NCBI GenBank assembly: GCA_963804165.1
Contig: CAWDPO010000016.1
Span: 1-64,000 of the forward strand
Source: an uncultured delta proteobacterium
GTDB lineage: Bacteria; Desulfobacterota; Binatia; UBA9968
Direction: 5' to 3'
DNA length: 64,000 nucleotides
The notes beneath the pieces were generated by a model. It did not search any database. It saw nothing but the letters and a program-made list of their open reading frames with translations, and was not told where the DNA came from. Positions within the stretch are counted from its first letter, which is position 1; the number at the start of each line of letters is the position of its first letter. Positions 19,546-29,515 of this stretch are shown piece after piece. The position numbers and the translations under genes are program-made.

Positions 19546-22500
19546 AGGCTCGCTTCCGGAGCGGCAAGTTGGGCGCGACGGCTGCGCCGTCGAGTCGTTC
19601 GCTTGGCTATACGGTCGAAGGCGAGATAGATAACCGGAGTGGTGTAGAGCGTCAGTAGTTGGCTGAGTAAGAGACCGCCGATGATCGAGATGCCCAGGGG
19701 GCGGCGCAGCTCCGCGCCGGTGCCGGAGCTGAAAGCCAGCGGCACGGCGCCGAGAAGCGCGGCCATCGTCGTCATCATGATCGGCCGAAAGCGCAGCAGA
19801 CAGGCTTGATAGATCGCCTCGACGGGCGACTTGCCGGTTTGGCGTTCGGCATCGAGCGCGAAGTCGATCATCATGATAGCATTTTTCTTGACGATGCCGA
19901 TCAGCAGAATGATGCCGATCAGAGCGATGACGCTGAACTCGGTCCGGCAAAGGATCAGCGCAAGCAGCGCGCCGACACCGGCGGACGGCAAGGTCGAGAG
20001 GATCGTTACCGGATGAATGTAACTTTCATAAAGCACGCCCAAAACGATGTAGACGGTGATCAGCGCGGCGAGAATCAAAAACGGCTCGTTCGCCAAGGAA
20101 ACGCGAAAGGCTTGCGCGGTGCCTTGAAAGCCGGTCTGGATGCTTGCCGGCAGCCCAAGACTTTGCCGGGTATTTTCTACGGCTTGCACCGCCTGGCCGA
20201 GAGAAGCGCCGGGCGCCAAATTGAAGGAGGCGTTGACGACGGGAAACTGACCCTGATGGTTGATCGTCAATGGCGCGTTGGAGCGCTCCACTTGACTGAA
20301 AGCGCCCAGCGGCACCGAGCCGCCGGTGCTCGATTGCACATAGAGATTATTGAGATCGTCGGGGGTTCTTTGAAAGTTGGGTTTTACTTCCATGACGACG
20401 CGATACTGATTCAGCTGGGTAAAGATCGTCGAGATCTGGCGCTGGCCGAAAGCGTCATAGAGCGTGTCGTCAAGAGTCTGCGCGTTGATGCCGAGACGCG
20501 CAGCGGCATCGCGGTCAATCACGAGCCGGATGCCGAGTCCCTCGTCGGATTGATCGCTGGCGACATCGCGAAGTTCGGGCCGCGCCTGTAGCCGTTGAAT
20601 GAAGCGCGGCACCCAGAGGGCAAGCTCTTTCGGATCGGGACTTTCCAAACTGTATTGAAATTGTGTTCGGCTGACCCGATCTTCCACCGTCAGATCCTGC
20701 ACCGGCTGCATGAAAAGCGTGATTCCTTCCACATGCGCAAGCTGTAGTTGCAAACGCCGGATCACGTCACTGGCGGAAATCTTCCGAATTTCGATGGGCT
20801 TCAGATTGACCAAGACGCGGCCGCTATTGAGCGTCGTGTTGGTGCCGTCGGCGCCGATGAACGACGAGAGGCTCTCGACCGCGGGGTCCTTGAGAATGAC
20901 GCGGGCCAGTGACTGTTGGCGCTCCGCCATGGCGGTGAAGGAGACACCTTGCGGCGCTTCGGAAATGCCGAGTATCACGCCGGTGTCCTGCACCGGAAAA
21001 AAGCCTTTCGGGATGTAAACATAAAGCAACACCGTGCACACCAGCGTCGCGGCGGCGACCCAGAGCGTGGCGGCTTGCCGCTGCAACACCCAGGTGAGCG
21101 TACGGCCGTAGAATTCAATCACCGACTTGAAGATGTTTTCCGATGTCCGGTAAAAGCGCCCTTGCTCGGACTCAAGTTTGTGACGCAGAAACTTGGCGCA
21201 CATGACTGGCGTAAGCGTCAGCGAAACGACAGCAGAAACTAAAATGGTGACGCTGAGCGTCACGGCAAATTCGCGAAACAACCGGCCGACGATATCGCCC
21301 ATAAAGAGCAGCGGAATCAAAACCGCAATCAGAGAAATGGTCAGCGATAGAATCGTAAAGCCGATCTGCTCGGAACCCTTGAGCGCGGCTTGCAGGGGCG
21401 GGTCGCCGTCCTCGATGTAGCGCATGATGTTTTCGATCATGACGATGGCGTCGTCGACAACGAAGCCGGTGGAGATGGTGAGCGCCATGAGCGACAGGTT
21501 GTTCAAGCTGTAACCGAGCAAATACATGACGCCGAAAGTGCCGACGATGGACAACGGCACGGCGATGCTGGGAATCACCGTGGCCGAAAGCGTGCGCAGA
21601 AAGAGAAAAATTACCATCACGACCAAAGCGACGGTGAGCATCAGCTCGAACTGCACGTCCTCGACGGAAGCGCGGATGGTGTTGGTGCGGTCGGTTAATA
21701 TGGAAACATTCACCGCGGCGGGCAACGAGCTCTTGAGCTGGGGCAGGAGCGCCTTTATGCGGTCGACCACGGCGATGATGTTGGCGCCGGGCTGGCGTTG
21801 AATGTTGACGATGACCGCCGGCGTCTGATTGGTCCAGGCAGCGAGCTTGTTGTTCTCTACCCCGTCGATCACTGTCGCGACATCGGAGAGCCGCACCGGC
21901 GCGCCGTTACGGTAGGCGACGATCGTCGATCCATATTGATTGCTCGATATCAACTGATCGTTGGCGCCGATGGTATAAGCTTGATGAGCGCCGTCGAAAT
22001 TACCCTTGGCTTGATTGACGTTCGCTTGGGCGATGCTGCCGCGCAGAGTTTCCAACGTGAGACCATAGGATGACAGCGCCGTGGGGTTGACCTGAATACG
22101 CACGGCCGGCTTTTGACCGCCGCTGATGCTGACCAAACCAACGCCGGAAAGTTGGGAAATTTTCTGCGCCAAGCGGGTATCGGCGAGATCCTCGACGTTG
22201 GATAACGGCAAGGTCTTCGAAGTAAGCGCGAGAGTTAAAATCGGCGCGTCTGCAGGGTTGGTTTTGCTGTAGATCGGCGGGTTAGGTAGATCTGCGGGCA
22301 AGAAAGAGGACGCGGCGTTAATCGCGGCTTGCACTTCCTGTTCAGCGACGTCGATATTCAAATCCAAACCGAATTGCAGCGTGATCAGCGAGCTGCCGCC
22401 CGAGCTCGTCGAGGTCATTTGATTGAGCCCCGGCAATTGGCCGAACTGGCGTTCCAAAGGAGCGGTGATCGCCGAAGTCATGACATCCGGGCTCGCGCCG

Positions 22501-22655
22501 GGAAAAAAAGTCATTACCTGAATGGTCGGATAGTCGACTTGAGGCAAAGCGGAAACCGGCAGTTGCTTGTAAGCGAGCGCGCCGACGAGCAACAGCCCCG
22601 CCATTAACAAAGAAGTTGCGATCGGCCGCAAAATAAACGGTCGTGACGGGTTCAT
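19542..22655 (-). CDS. mdtB: Multidrug RND transporter permease MdtB
   Basis: [59 protein letters not shown]; 1037 aa. Confidence 0.9.
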   Translation of the reverse strand: MNPSRPFILRPIATSLLMAGLLLVGALAYKQLPVSALPQVDYPTIQVMTFFPGASPDVMTSAITAPLERQFGQLPGLNQMTSTSSGGSSLITLQFGLDLNIDVAEQEVQAAINAASSFLPADLPNPPIYSKTNPADAPILTLALTSKTLPLSNVEDLADTRLAQKISQLSGVGLVSISGGQKPAVRIQVNPTALSSYGLTLETLRGSIAQANVNQAKGNFDGAHQAYTIGANDQLISSNQYGSTIVAYRNGAPVRLSDVATVIDGVENNKLAAWTNQTPAVIVNIQRQPGANIIAVVDRIKALLPQLKSSLPAAVNVSILTDRTNTIRASVEDVQFELMLTVALVVMVIFLFLRTLSATVIPSIAVPLSIVGTFGVMYLLGYSLNNLSLMALTISTGFVVDDAIVMIENIMRYIEDGDPPLQAALKGSEQIGFTILSLTISLIAVLIPLLFMGDIVGRLFREFAVTLSVTILVSAVVSLTLTPVMCAKFLRHKLESEQGRFYRTSENIFKSVIEFYGRTLTWVLQRQAATLWVAAATLVCTVLLYVYIPKGFFPVQDTGVILGISEAPQGVSFTAMAERQQSLARVILKDPAVESLSSFIGADGTNTTLNSGRVLVNLKPIEIRKISASDVIRRLQLQLAHVEGITLFMQPVQDLTVEDRVSRTQFQYSLESPDPKELALWVPRFIQRLQARPELRDVASDQSDEGLGIRLVIDRDAAARLGINAQTLDDTLYDAFGQRQISTIFTQLNQYRVVMEVKPNFQRTPDDLNNLYVQSSTGGSVPLGAFSQVERSNAPLTINHQGQFPVVNASFNLAPGASLGQAVQAVENTRQSLGLPASIQTGFQGTAQAFRVSLANEPFLILAALITVYIVLGVLYESYIHPVTILSTLPSAGVGALLALILCRTEFSVIALIGIILLIGIVKKNAIMMIDFALDAERQTGKSPVEAIYQACLLRFRPIMMTTMAALLGAVPLAFSSGTGAELRRPLGISIIGGLLLSQLLTLYTTPVIYLAFDRIAKRTTRRRSRRAQLAAPEASL

Positions 22656-22658
22656 TGT

Positions 22659-23842
22659 TCAGCTCCGCGGCTGCGCCTGCTCCGCCGTGCGCGCGACCAC
22701 TTTCGTGCTCGGTTGTAGCTTATCGACGCCGTCGATAACGACGGTTTCTCCCGGATCCAGGCCGCGAGCGATTGCGGTTTGCTCGCCCTGAGTGAGCTTC
22801 ACCTCGACGTTTTTCGCTGCCACTGTGTTGTCCCGATTCACCGTGTAGACGAAGGTCGACTGTGGGCTGCGTTGGATCGCCGCGTTAGGCACAAGCGTTA
22901 CGTTACGCAGCGTATCGACCGAGATGCGTGCATTGACGAACTGATTCGGGAAGAGAGCGCCATCAGCATTGGCGAAGACCGCTTTCAACTTCACCGTGCC
23001 GGTGGTCGGATCAATCTGGTTGTCGATGCTTTGCAAGGAACCCGTCGCGAGCAGCTTTTTTTGCTCGCGATCGAACGCCACCACGGAGAGTTGCTGTTTA
23101 GCTTTCACTTTGGCGAGGACCGCCGGCAGGTTGTCTTCCGGCAAGGTAAAAAGGACCGTGATCGGTTGCAGCTGGGTGATGATTACTAATCCATTGACGT
23201 CAGATGCATGGACCATATTACCCGCGTCGACTAAGCGTAAACCGACCCGGCCGGTAATCGGCGCGGTTATGTGTCAGTAAATAAGCTCGAGCTTGGCGTT
23301 GTCGACTTGGCTCTGGTCGGATTTTATTGTGCCCTGAAATTGCCGAACCAGCGATTCCTGGGTGTCGTTTGCTGCTTGGGAACGGAATCTTCTTTGAAGA
23401 GAACGCGATAACGCTCCAAATCGATCTGCGCGTTCGTCAGCAATGCTTGATCACGGGCAAGTTGCCCCTCAGCTTGAGCGAGCTGTACTTCGAAGGGGCG
23501 CGGATCGATCTGCGCCAGCAATTGACCTGCCGTCACCAGCTGGCCTTCTTGAAACAGAACCTTGTCGAGCTGTCCGTCGACTCTGGTTTTTACGCTGACG
23601 GTATTGAGGGCTGTGACCGTTCCCAGGCCGGACAGATAAACATCCATGTCACCGGTTTTGACCTGCGCCGTCACCACGGGAACAATCAACGCGCCAGATC
23701 CCGGGCGTCGGTTGCTCGCCGGTGGTTGCGCGTCGCCCGCGCGCGCGCGAAACAAATAGACACCGACGACAATAAGGCTGATCGCCAGCAGTCCAGCTAA
23801 CCAGCGCTGGACCTGCGAGCTAATTAACTTTTTCATCGCCAT
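22659..23842 (-). CDS. mdtA: RND periplasmic adaptor MdtA, disrupted by a frameshift near 23370 and an in-frame TGA at 23274-23276
   Basis: [27 protein letters not shown], then after the shift ..[51 protein letters not shown]. Confidence 0.82.
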
Positions 23843-23953
23843 CCGATTGTTGTCGATGACTCATCTATTTTCCTTTCCATGGAGGATCGATTCGCTGCCT
23901 GGTCCAATCGTGTACGCATTTCTCGGGTGTGGCATACGTGATTGCGATAGTTG

Positions 23954-23968
23954 GCAAGCGTTATGCCA
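23954..23968 (-). promoter_or_regulatory. Putative sigma-54 promoter of the mdt operon
   Basis: Minus strand TGGCATAACGCTTGC, near-consensus TGGCAC-N5-TTGC. Confidence 0.65.
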
Positions 23969-24240
23969 GTGTGAAACCTGGAACTGGGGAGACTCAAATG
24001 TTCGCGAAAAGTTGGTTTATCCCGGTGATTTTGCGGGAAGGCATCGAGAACTGTGGCGAGAATGTACCGGCGACTGCGGCATTCAGGTGACCTTTGACGT
24101 CGACAGTTGACGAATCCGTGCTTGAACCCGAACCGGCGCACGCAAGATCCGCTCGTCGATCAAATCGCGCGGCCGTTAACTTGATGCTTGCTACTGAGAG
24201 CCAGCTGGAAAAGCATTTGCTCGAAGATGTATTTTTAGCG

Positions 24241-24636
24241 CTAGCGCCACCAGGAATGCCACCAGTCGCTGAAAGAATGGTGTTCTCTTGTTAAGTCTTG
24301 ACGCAGATCCTGACGATCACTGCGCAGCTCTTGCCGGTCGCGAGTCAAATCATTCTGATCCCGGGCAATATCGTGGCGATCCTTAGCAATTTCTCCGGCG
24401 CCTGCTCCGTTGCGCAAATCTTGGTGCAGTTCGGTTCTGTCTTGATGCCAATCCGTGCGATCGCCGTGAAGGTCTTGCCGATCCCTTCGAATATCGTTTC
24501 GATCGCCTCTGACGTCATTCGCGAGAGTTTGGTGGTTTAAACTTCTGCCATGAAATGCCGCGTAGGAAGGAATCGTCAACGCGAGCATCGTACTGCCCAC
24601 TAGAGTGTTAATCACAAGCGTTCTTGCTAACTTCAT
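24241..24636 (-). CDS. Secreted heptad-repeat (DxxxDRx) helical protein
   Basis: AGGAGG RBS, signal peptide (..PSYA), two blocks of five 7-aa repeats, His/Trp-rich tail. Confidence 0.8.
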   Translation of the reverse strand: MKLARTLVINTLVGSTMLALTIPSYAAFHGRSLNHQTLANDVRGDRNDIRRDRQDLHGDRTDWHQDRTELHQDLRNGAGAGEIAKDRHDIARDQNDLTRDRQELRSDRQDLRQDLTREHHSFSDWWHSWWR

Positions 24637-24976
24637 ATACCTTCCTCCTTACCATTTACGTAGATGGTGAAAGCGATTCGAGGCCCTTTTGTTTGGCGCC
24701 TGGGACGTCTGTCGGTTTCAGTTAAAAAATCGCATGACTCATTTCGTTGCATTCTTGCTGACTGACTTTCATTGGCCGCGCCGAGAAGGAGTCGAAATTA
24801 TACAGAGCAAAGATTGGACCAAGGGCTTGGATGATATTTCAGTCGCAGCAACTTTTAGGATTTGTGAGTTGTTCTCGGGATCGCGAATCCAGCGGCTATG
24901 AGGCACGACGGCGGCAGAGCTTCCAGCGCGCCTCAGCCGGATCGGTATCGATGTTTACAAAGATCCAAGCTTTCAC

Positions 24977-24992
24977 TGGCACGCGCTATGCT
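24977..24992 (+). promoter_or_regulatory. Putative sigma-54 promoter
   Basis: TGGCACGCGCTATGCT (GG-N10-GC) upstream of the small lipoprotein. Confidence 0.65.
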
Positions 24993-25038
24993 CCATTAGA
25001 ACGAACAGGGTAGCGAAAAAGAAAAGGAGGGAGCAAAC

Positions 25039-25155
25039 ATGAAAAAACTTACTTTGGCACTCATCGCCGTAGTCGTGCTCAGCGTCATCGGCGTTTCAGG
25101 CTGTGTCATACGCGACGATTTTCATCACGGTTCACGATGGCATCATTGGAGATAG
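25039..25155 (+). CDS. 38-aa predicted lipoprotein with His/Trp-rich tail (below the ORF-track cutoff)
   Basis: AAGGAGG RBS; MKKLTLALIAVVVLSVIGVSGCVIRDDFHHGSRWHHWR*; lipobox VSGC; hairpin at 25157-25184. Confidence 0.75.
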   Translation: MKKLTLALIAVVVLSVIGVSGCVIRDDFHHGSRWHHWR

Positions 25156-25253
25156 AGAGACGCAGTCAGCGGCTGCGCCGTCTCGAACGGTTACGTGGGC
25201 GGTGTGCTGAAACACTTCAATTGAGTCTGACCAGAGGCAGTATTCATCAGGAT

Positions 25254-25294
25254 GCTCAGGGCGAGCGGTCAAGATGAGCACCGTTCGCCGGAGC
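25254..25294. repeat. Degenerate REP-like inverted repeat (same family as 46909-46983)
   Basis: GCTCAGGGCGAGCGG...CCGTTCGCCGGAGC. Confidence 0.45.
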
Positions 25295-25374
25295 TTGTCC
25301 GGCTATGAATGGCATGAATAAAGAATTTTTCCGAGTTCGCCCGTTTGAAGATTCGGTGCAAAGTCATCGCCCTC

Positions 25375-25739
25375 CTACGAATGCTGTTTGTTCGACCCAT
25401 GACCGCGGAGTCTCAGTCTAGCCAATTCCATGATTGGAGTGCCGGGTTCGAGCGCGCGCGGGTCGCGGTCAAGGACAATTCGGCGCCAGTCCTCGCAGAC
25501 GTTATTTCGCTCTTCGGCGATTTTTTCTAGGCTAACTCCGCGCCGCAGATCGCGGCGCAGATTCCGCATATCACTAGCCAAGTCGATGTCGTCGCGTTGG
25601 AGATCGCTGTACGACTGATCGATTCATTCAGGTTTCTAAGCTCATGCGTCTCTTTGCGAGCCGCTAAGTGCGACACGACCGTCAATGCCAATGCAAACGC
25701 CGCGCAGCAGCCGGTGATCAAAGTCCCACTTTTCTTCAT
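25375..25739 (-). pseudogene. Frameshifted paralogue of the 24241-24636 secreted repeat protein
   Basis: Signal-peptide ORF 25527-25739 continues in another frame as DLQRDDIDLASDMRNLRRDLRRGVSLEKIAEERNNVCEDWRRIVLDR, which aligns with ELHQDLRNGAGAGEIAKDRHDIARD. Confidence 0.55.
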
Positions 25740-26020
25740 TCACAGCGATCCCTTTCAAGTGAAATTGCCTCTTGGTTGGAAACTGATTCGAATTCACGTC
25801 CAATGCCGTGACGGTTATTCCCCGCATAACGAGCAAGGATCACGCCACCGATGGTGTTTTAGACAATAAGCGTGAAAGCTTTCTCGACAAAAAAAATTCG
25901 CGCGCTTACGACGCGACGGGGTGTGGTCAAATGGTCGATCGGTCAACCGGCGTGTCTCGCCCGTCGTGTCCGAGAAAACGTTTCAAGCTGTAATCTGGTG
26001 AATTTCTTCGATCGATCGTG

Positions 26021-26035
26021 CGGCACAACCCTTGC
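26021..26035 (+). promoter_or_regulatory. Putative sigma-54 promoter
   Basis: CGGCACAACCCTTGC (YGGCAC-N5-TTGC) upstream of the tandem paralogues. Confidence 0.7.
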
Positions 26036-26086
26036 GCAATTACTTTGTACAGATCAACAAAGTGAACCGAGAGGAGGTGAAACAAT

Positions 26087-26392
26087 ATGTAGCGAAGTGT
26101 TGCAGTTATATCGATGGTGCTGATCGTGGGCTCTCTGGCCGCTAACGCTTTAGCCAGCGACGGTGTGCTGTCCAAGGATGAATTCACGCCGGGAAGCTAT
26201 TGTCACATGAAGTTTCCGGCAATCCGGCAGAGAACATTGGCTACGGACAATCCTGAGCTCAAAAACTCGGACACGGGCGATGTTATCGATTTCTACGGTC
26301 CCTGCGATGAAAGTCCCACGGGCGCAGATCAAGTCACGGGACAACGACTCGATGAAGAGCACCATTGGAAAGATTATCTTGACCGAAGATAG
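26087..26392 (+). CDS. Secreted small protein, YCHMKFPAI family, copy 1 (TAG at codon 2; alternative start 26114)
   Basis: GGAGGTG RBS, then ATG TAG CGA...; signal peptide; core shared with the next gene. Confidence 0.7.
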
Positions 26393-26425
26393 TAAAGGGC
26401 AAACAAACCAAGAGGAGATAAAACC

Positions 26426-26731
26426 ATGCGACGGATAGGTGCAACGGTATCGGCAATTGTTTTGATCGGCTCATTGGCCGGCAGCGCGTACGCCGCCACC
26501 AGCGTTCTCGAAAAGGGCGACGCCGGTGAAAATTATTGTCACATGAAATTTCCGGCGATTCGGCCGCGGACGCTAGCCAGTGAAAATCCGCAGGTCAAGA
26601 GCTCGACGACCGGCGACGTCATCGATTTCTATGGAGCTTGCGACGAAACTCCCACCGGAAAGGATCAGATCACGCAGCAGAAACGCGATGAAGAGTTCCG
26701 CTTTGGAAGAGACTATGAAGACGGCGATTAG
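26426..26731 (+). CDS. Secreted small protein, YCHMKFPAI family, copy 2
   Basis: GAGGAG RBS, signal peptide (SAYA), YCHMKFPAIRPRTLASENPQVKSSTTGDVIDFYGACDETPTGKDQ. Confidence 0.8.
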   Translation: MRRIGATVSAIVLIGSLAGSAYAATSVLEKGDAGENYCHMKFPAIRPRTLASENPQVKSSTTGDVIDFYGACDETPTGKDQITQQKRDEEFRFGRDYEDGD

Positions 26732-26755
26732 TCGATCTATAACGAACTAAGCATG

Positions 26756-26784
26756 AACGAAGGAGAGGCGCGCCTCTCCTCGTT
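26756..26784 (+). terminator. Strong hairpin after the tandem genes
   Basis: AACGA-AGGAGAGGCGCGCCTCTCCT-CGTT; no clear U-tract. Confidence 0.45.
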
Positions 26785-27307
26785 GCGTTGAGGTCGCGCT
26801 GCACGTCATCGCGGTCTCGACGTACGCACCACGAATTCGACGCAGGTTTAATAGCTTTCGAAGCCGCCGTGCTGGCGACAGTCTCATGGGCGACACGGGA
26901 AATAAAAAACTTGACGTGTTAATGCGCAGTCGCCGCGTCGAGCGGGCCCGCGCCGATCTGATTTTAAGAATTGTTCGAATGGCGAGCATGCTGCCTCAAA
27001 TAAAAACTGTTCCACCTGTTCAACGGCAAGTCCGCTTTAGCCGGCGCAAGGGCGCGAGCTCGTCATACAAGCGAATTGTTTAGGCAATTGTAAAAATGTC
27101 GTCCTTGATTTCGTAGGTGCCCGCTGGGGACGCGAAGCCGTTCTCGCGTTCTGCGCCTTGGTGAGCTTAATCGGCGCGTTGCGAACCAAGCTGTTCCCTT
27201 GCAACCGGCGTTAATGCAACAGACGGCAAAATGGTTATCCACAGGGCACGAGGATTTCGAACCCTTCGAAAGCTAACGGTCGGTGCCAGCCGATAAAAGG
27301 TGCACTG

Positions 27308-27511
27308 ATGTTCTGGACTTACTTAGTGGCCCTCTGGAGATTTCATGATCCCATCCGCAGTTTTGTGATCCACTGGCATTTGAGCCGCCTCGACGAATCA
27401 GCGGACGAGCCACGGGCGGCGATGTCGAACCGTTCGCCGCGCGGATCGGCCGGGCACATCGGCCGGCGGATGATTCGCGCTCTGCTCAAGCCGAAGCGAG
27501 GTATCCGCTAG
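27308..27511 (+). CDS. Small hypothetical protein
   Basis: AAGGT RBS-like sequence before ATG; 67 aa; no motif recognised. Confidence 0.3.
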   Translation: MFWTYLVALWRFHDPIRSFVIHWHLSRLDESADEPRAAMSNRSPRGSAGHIGRRMIRALLKPKRGIR

Positions 27512-27605
27512 TGAAGCGTCCTTCCCAGGAGCGGCGACGAATGCGTTGCTGCGACAGAGTTACAGTTCAACAGGGTGTAAAACGAAAGCGCTGAGTCGCG
27601 CCGGA

Positions 27606-27974
27606 CTAATTGCGCCCAATGGACTCACCTAAGGCAAGCTCAACCGTATCGAGCAGCCGGTTTGCGGTGAAAGGTTTCGACAGGAGGAAGATTCCTTTGC
27701 GCGTCGCGTAATCTCGCAAGGTTTCGTCCGCGAACGCAGATGCGAGGATGATTTTAGCTCCGGGCTGATGTTCTCTGATAGCTTCGGCAATTTCGGTTCC
27801 CAAGATCAACGGCATCCGGACGTCGATAATTGACAAATCATAGTCGCCGTGAGTCAGCATCTCGTAGCCAGCCAAGCCGTCCGTTGTCCAGATCGCTTGG
27901 ACGCCCGATGCCTCGAGGATTTCCACCAGAAGCCGACAAAAGATTTCGTCATCATCGATAATGAGAACTCGCAT
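27606..27974 (-). CDS. Single-domain response regulator
   Basis: RVLIIDDDE, IIDVRMP..G, ILASAF, LSKPF. Confidence 0.9.
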   Translation of the reverse strand: MRVLIIDDDEIFCRLLVEILEASGVQAIWTTDGLAGYEMLTHGDYDLSIIDVRMPLILGTEIAEAIREHQPGAKIILASAFADETLRDYATRKGIFLLSKPFTANRLLDTVELALGESIGRN

Positions 27975-27999
27975 GGATTATTTCTCTGCCCGGTTAAAA

Positions 28000-28015
28000 A
28001 GCAAAGAACATGCCC
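28000..28015 (-). promoter_or_regulatory. Putative sigma-54 promoter
   Basis: Minus strand GGGCATGTTCTTTGCT (GG-N10-GC), 25 bp upstream of the REC gene. Confidence 0.6.
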
Positions 28016-28120
28016 GGCGAATTCCAGCTTGCGTGCAGCAGCCTCGGCGAAAATAGTTGGAAAAAAATCGGCGTGTCGATCCTGCTGAGGCGCTGTTGTG
28101 GTCAAAACGGCAGCGCGGCC

Positions 28121-29515
28121 TCAGTCGTCCTTCAGCGAAGGTCCAATCTTATAGCGCGCCAGCATGCGGTAGAGCGAGCGTCGGTCGACGTTCAAAGTTC
28201 TTGCAGTCGCCGAAACATTTCCTTCGGTGAGCTGCAATACATGTCGCACATAGCGCTTTTTTACCTCTTCGAGGCTCGGAGTATCGGGGAAATTGAACTC
28301 GGCGGTTGCCGCGGCATTGGCGGGAAAGTTGCGGTTGTTCTGTTCGCGGATTTCCCGCGGCAGATCTTCGGGCGTCAGGACGGGTTGGTACGAGAGTGCC
28401 ACCGCCTGCTCGACGGCGTGCTCGAGCTCGCGAATATTCCCGGGCCAACGGTAGGAACATAGGAGTTCCATAGCTCTTTCAGAAATCGCCGTTAGGGGCT
28501 TGCCGCAATCCCGGCTGTAGTATTTCAAAAAATGCTGCGCCAGCAGCGGGATGTCATCGGCGCGCTGCCGCAGCGGAGGAAGGTTTATAGTAACGACGTC
28601 CAGGCGGTAGTAAAGGTCTTGGCGGAACTCACCCTTAGTCACGGCTTCGGCCAAATCTTGATTAGTGGCGGCGAGCACCCGCACGTCAACCGGCATCCAT
28701 TCTTTGCCGCCGACACGGCGGATCTCATGCTCCTGCAAGACCCGCAACAATCGCGCCTGCATGCTCGGACTGATGTCGCCGATCTCGTCAAGAAAACAGG
28801 TTCCGCCTTGGGCCTCTTCGAAGACTCCCTTCTTCTCCGCGACCGCTCCCGTGAACGCGCCGCGCATGTGACCGAAGAGTTCGCTTTCAAGAAGCGTTTC
28901 CGTCAAGGCGCCACAATCCACGGCGACGAACGGACCATTGGCGCGCGGGCTGTGCTCGTGGATCGCGCGTGCGATGAGTTCCTTGCCTGTGCCGCTTTCG
29001 CCGAGGATCAGCACCGTGCTTTTTGTCGACGCTACCCGCGCCACGGTCTTGTAGACTTCAAGCATGGGCGAACTCTTGCCGATGATCTTGCCGAGCTGCG
29101 ATGGATATTCGCCGTCCGACGCGGAGGTTTTTTCGACGCGGCGCTGCAACGATTGCTGCGCCAAAGCGCGCACCACGATGTTCTTGAGCTCCGCCAGATT
29201 CATTGGCTTGGATATAAAATCGAAGGCGCCTTCATGGATCGCCTCAACGGCGGTTTCGATGGATCCGAAAGCAGTCATGACGACGATCGGTAACGCAGGA
29301 TACTTTTCATGCACGATCCGCGTCACCTCTAACCCGCTCATTCCCGGCATGCGTACATCGATGACCAGCAAGTCGTACGGTTCGCTGTCCAGGCGCGACA
29401 GAGCAGCGTCCCCCGACGTCACCTGGTCGACGCGAAAGCCGTCCGACTCAAGCGTTTCGGCGAAAAGCTGACAACTGACTTCGTCATCATCCGCGATCAA
29501 GATGTGGGTGCTCAT
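28121..29515 (-). CDS. Sigma-54-dependent response regulator (NtrC/AtoC/ZraR family)
   Basis: REC domain, [43 protein letters not shown], Fis-type HTH. Confidence 0.95.
   Translation of the reverse strand: MSTHILIADDDEVSCQLFAETLESDGFRVDQVTSGDAALSRLDSEPYDLLVIDVRMPGMSGLEVTRIVHEKYPALPIVVMTAFGSIETAVEAIHEGAFDFISKPMNLAELKNIVVRALAQQSLQRRVEKTSASDGEYPSQLGKIIGKSSPMLEVYKTVARVASTKSTVLILGESGTGKELIARAIHEHSPRANGPFVAVDCGALTETLLESELFGHMRGAFTGAVAEKKGVFEEAQGGTCFLDEIGDISPSMQARLLRVLQEHEIRRVGGKEWMPVDVRVLAATNQDLAEAVTKGEFRQDLYYRLDVVTINLPPLRQRADDIPLLAQHFLKYYSRDCGKPLTAISERAMELLCSYRWPGNIRELEHAVEQAVALSYQPVLTPEDLPREIREQNNRNFPANAAATAEFNFPDTPSLEEVKKRYVRHVLQLTEGNVSATARTLNVDRRSLYRMLARYKIGPSLKDD

Noticed and set aside
15871-19950. 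1359-aa ORF as a single real giant protein
   Set aside because: Its first 135 aa overlap mdtB in another frame. The real start is ATG 19545, and the tail runs out of frame inside the OMF gene.
19542-20100. Near-identical DNA between the mdtB and mdtC 3' regions as a mobile repeat
   Set aside because: Explained by normal paralogy of conserved RND transmembrane segments.
23274-23276. Selenocysteine recoding of the TGA in mdtA
   Set aside because: The position is not a redox site, no SECIS-like hairpin was recognised, and the gene also has a frameshift.
26747-27083. ORFs 26747-26989 (-) and 26886-27083 (+)
   Set aside because: No RBS or recognisable motif, and they overlap each other; likely spurious.
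24670-27260. Additional sigma-54 promoters (~24672-24688 minus, ~25790-25808 minus, ~27244-27258 plus)
   Set aside because: Poor -24 context or no GC at -12; not counted.
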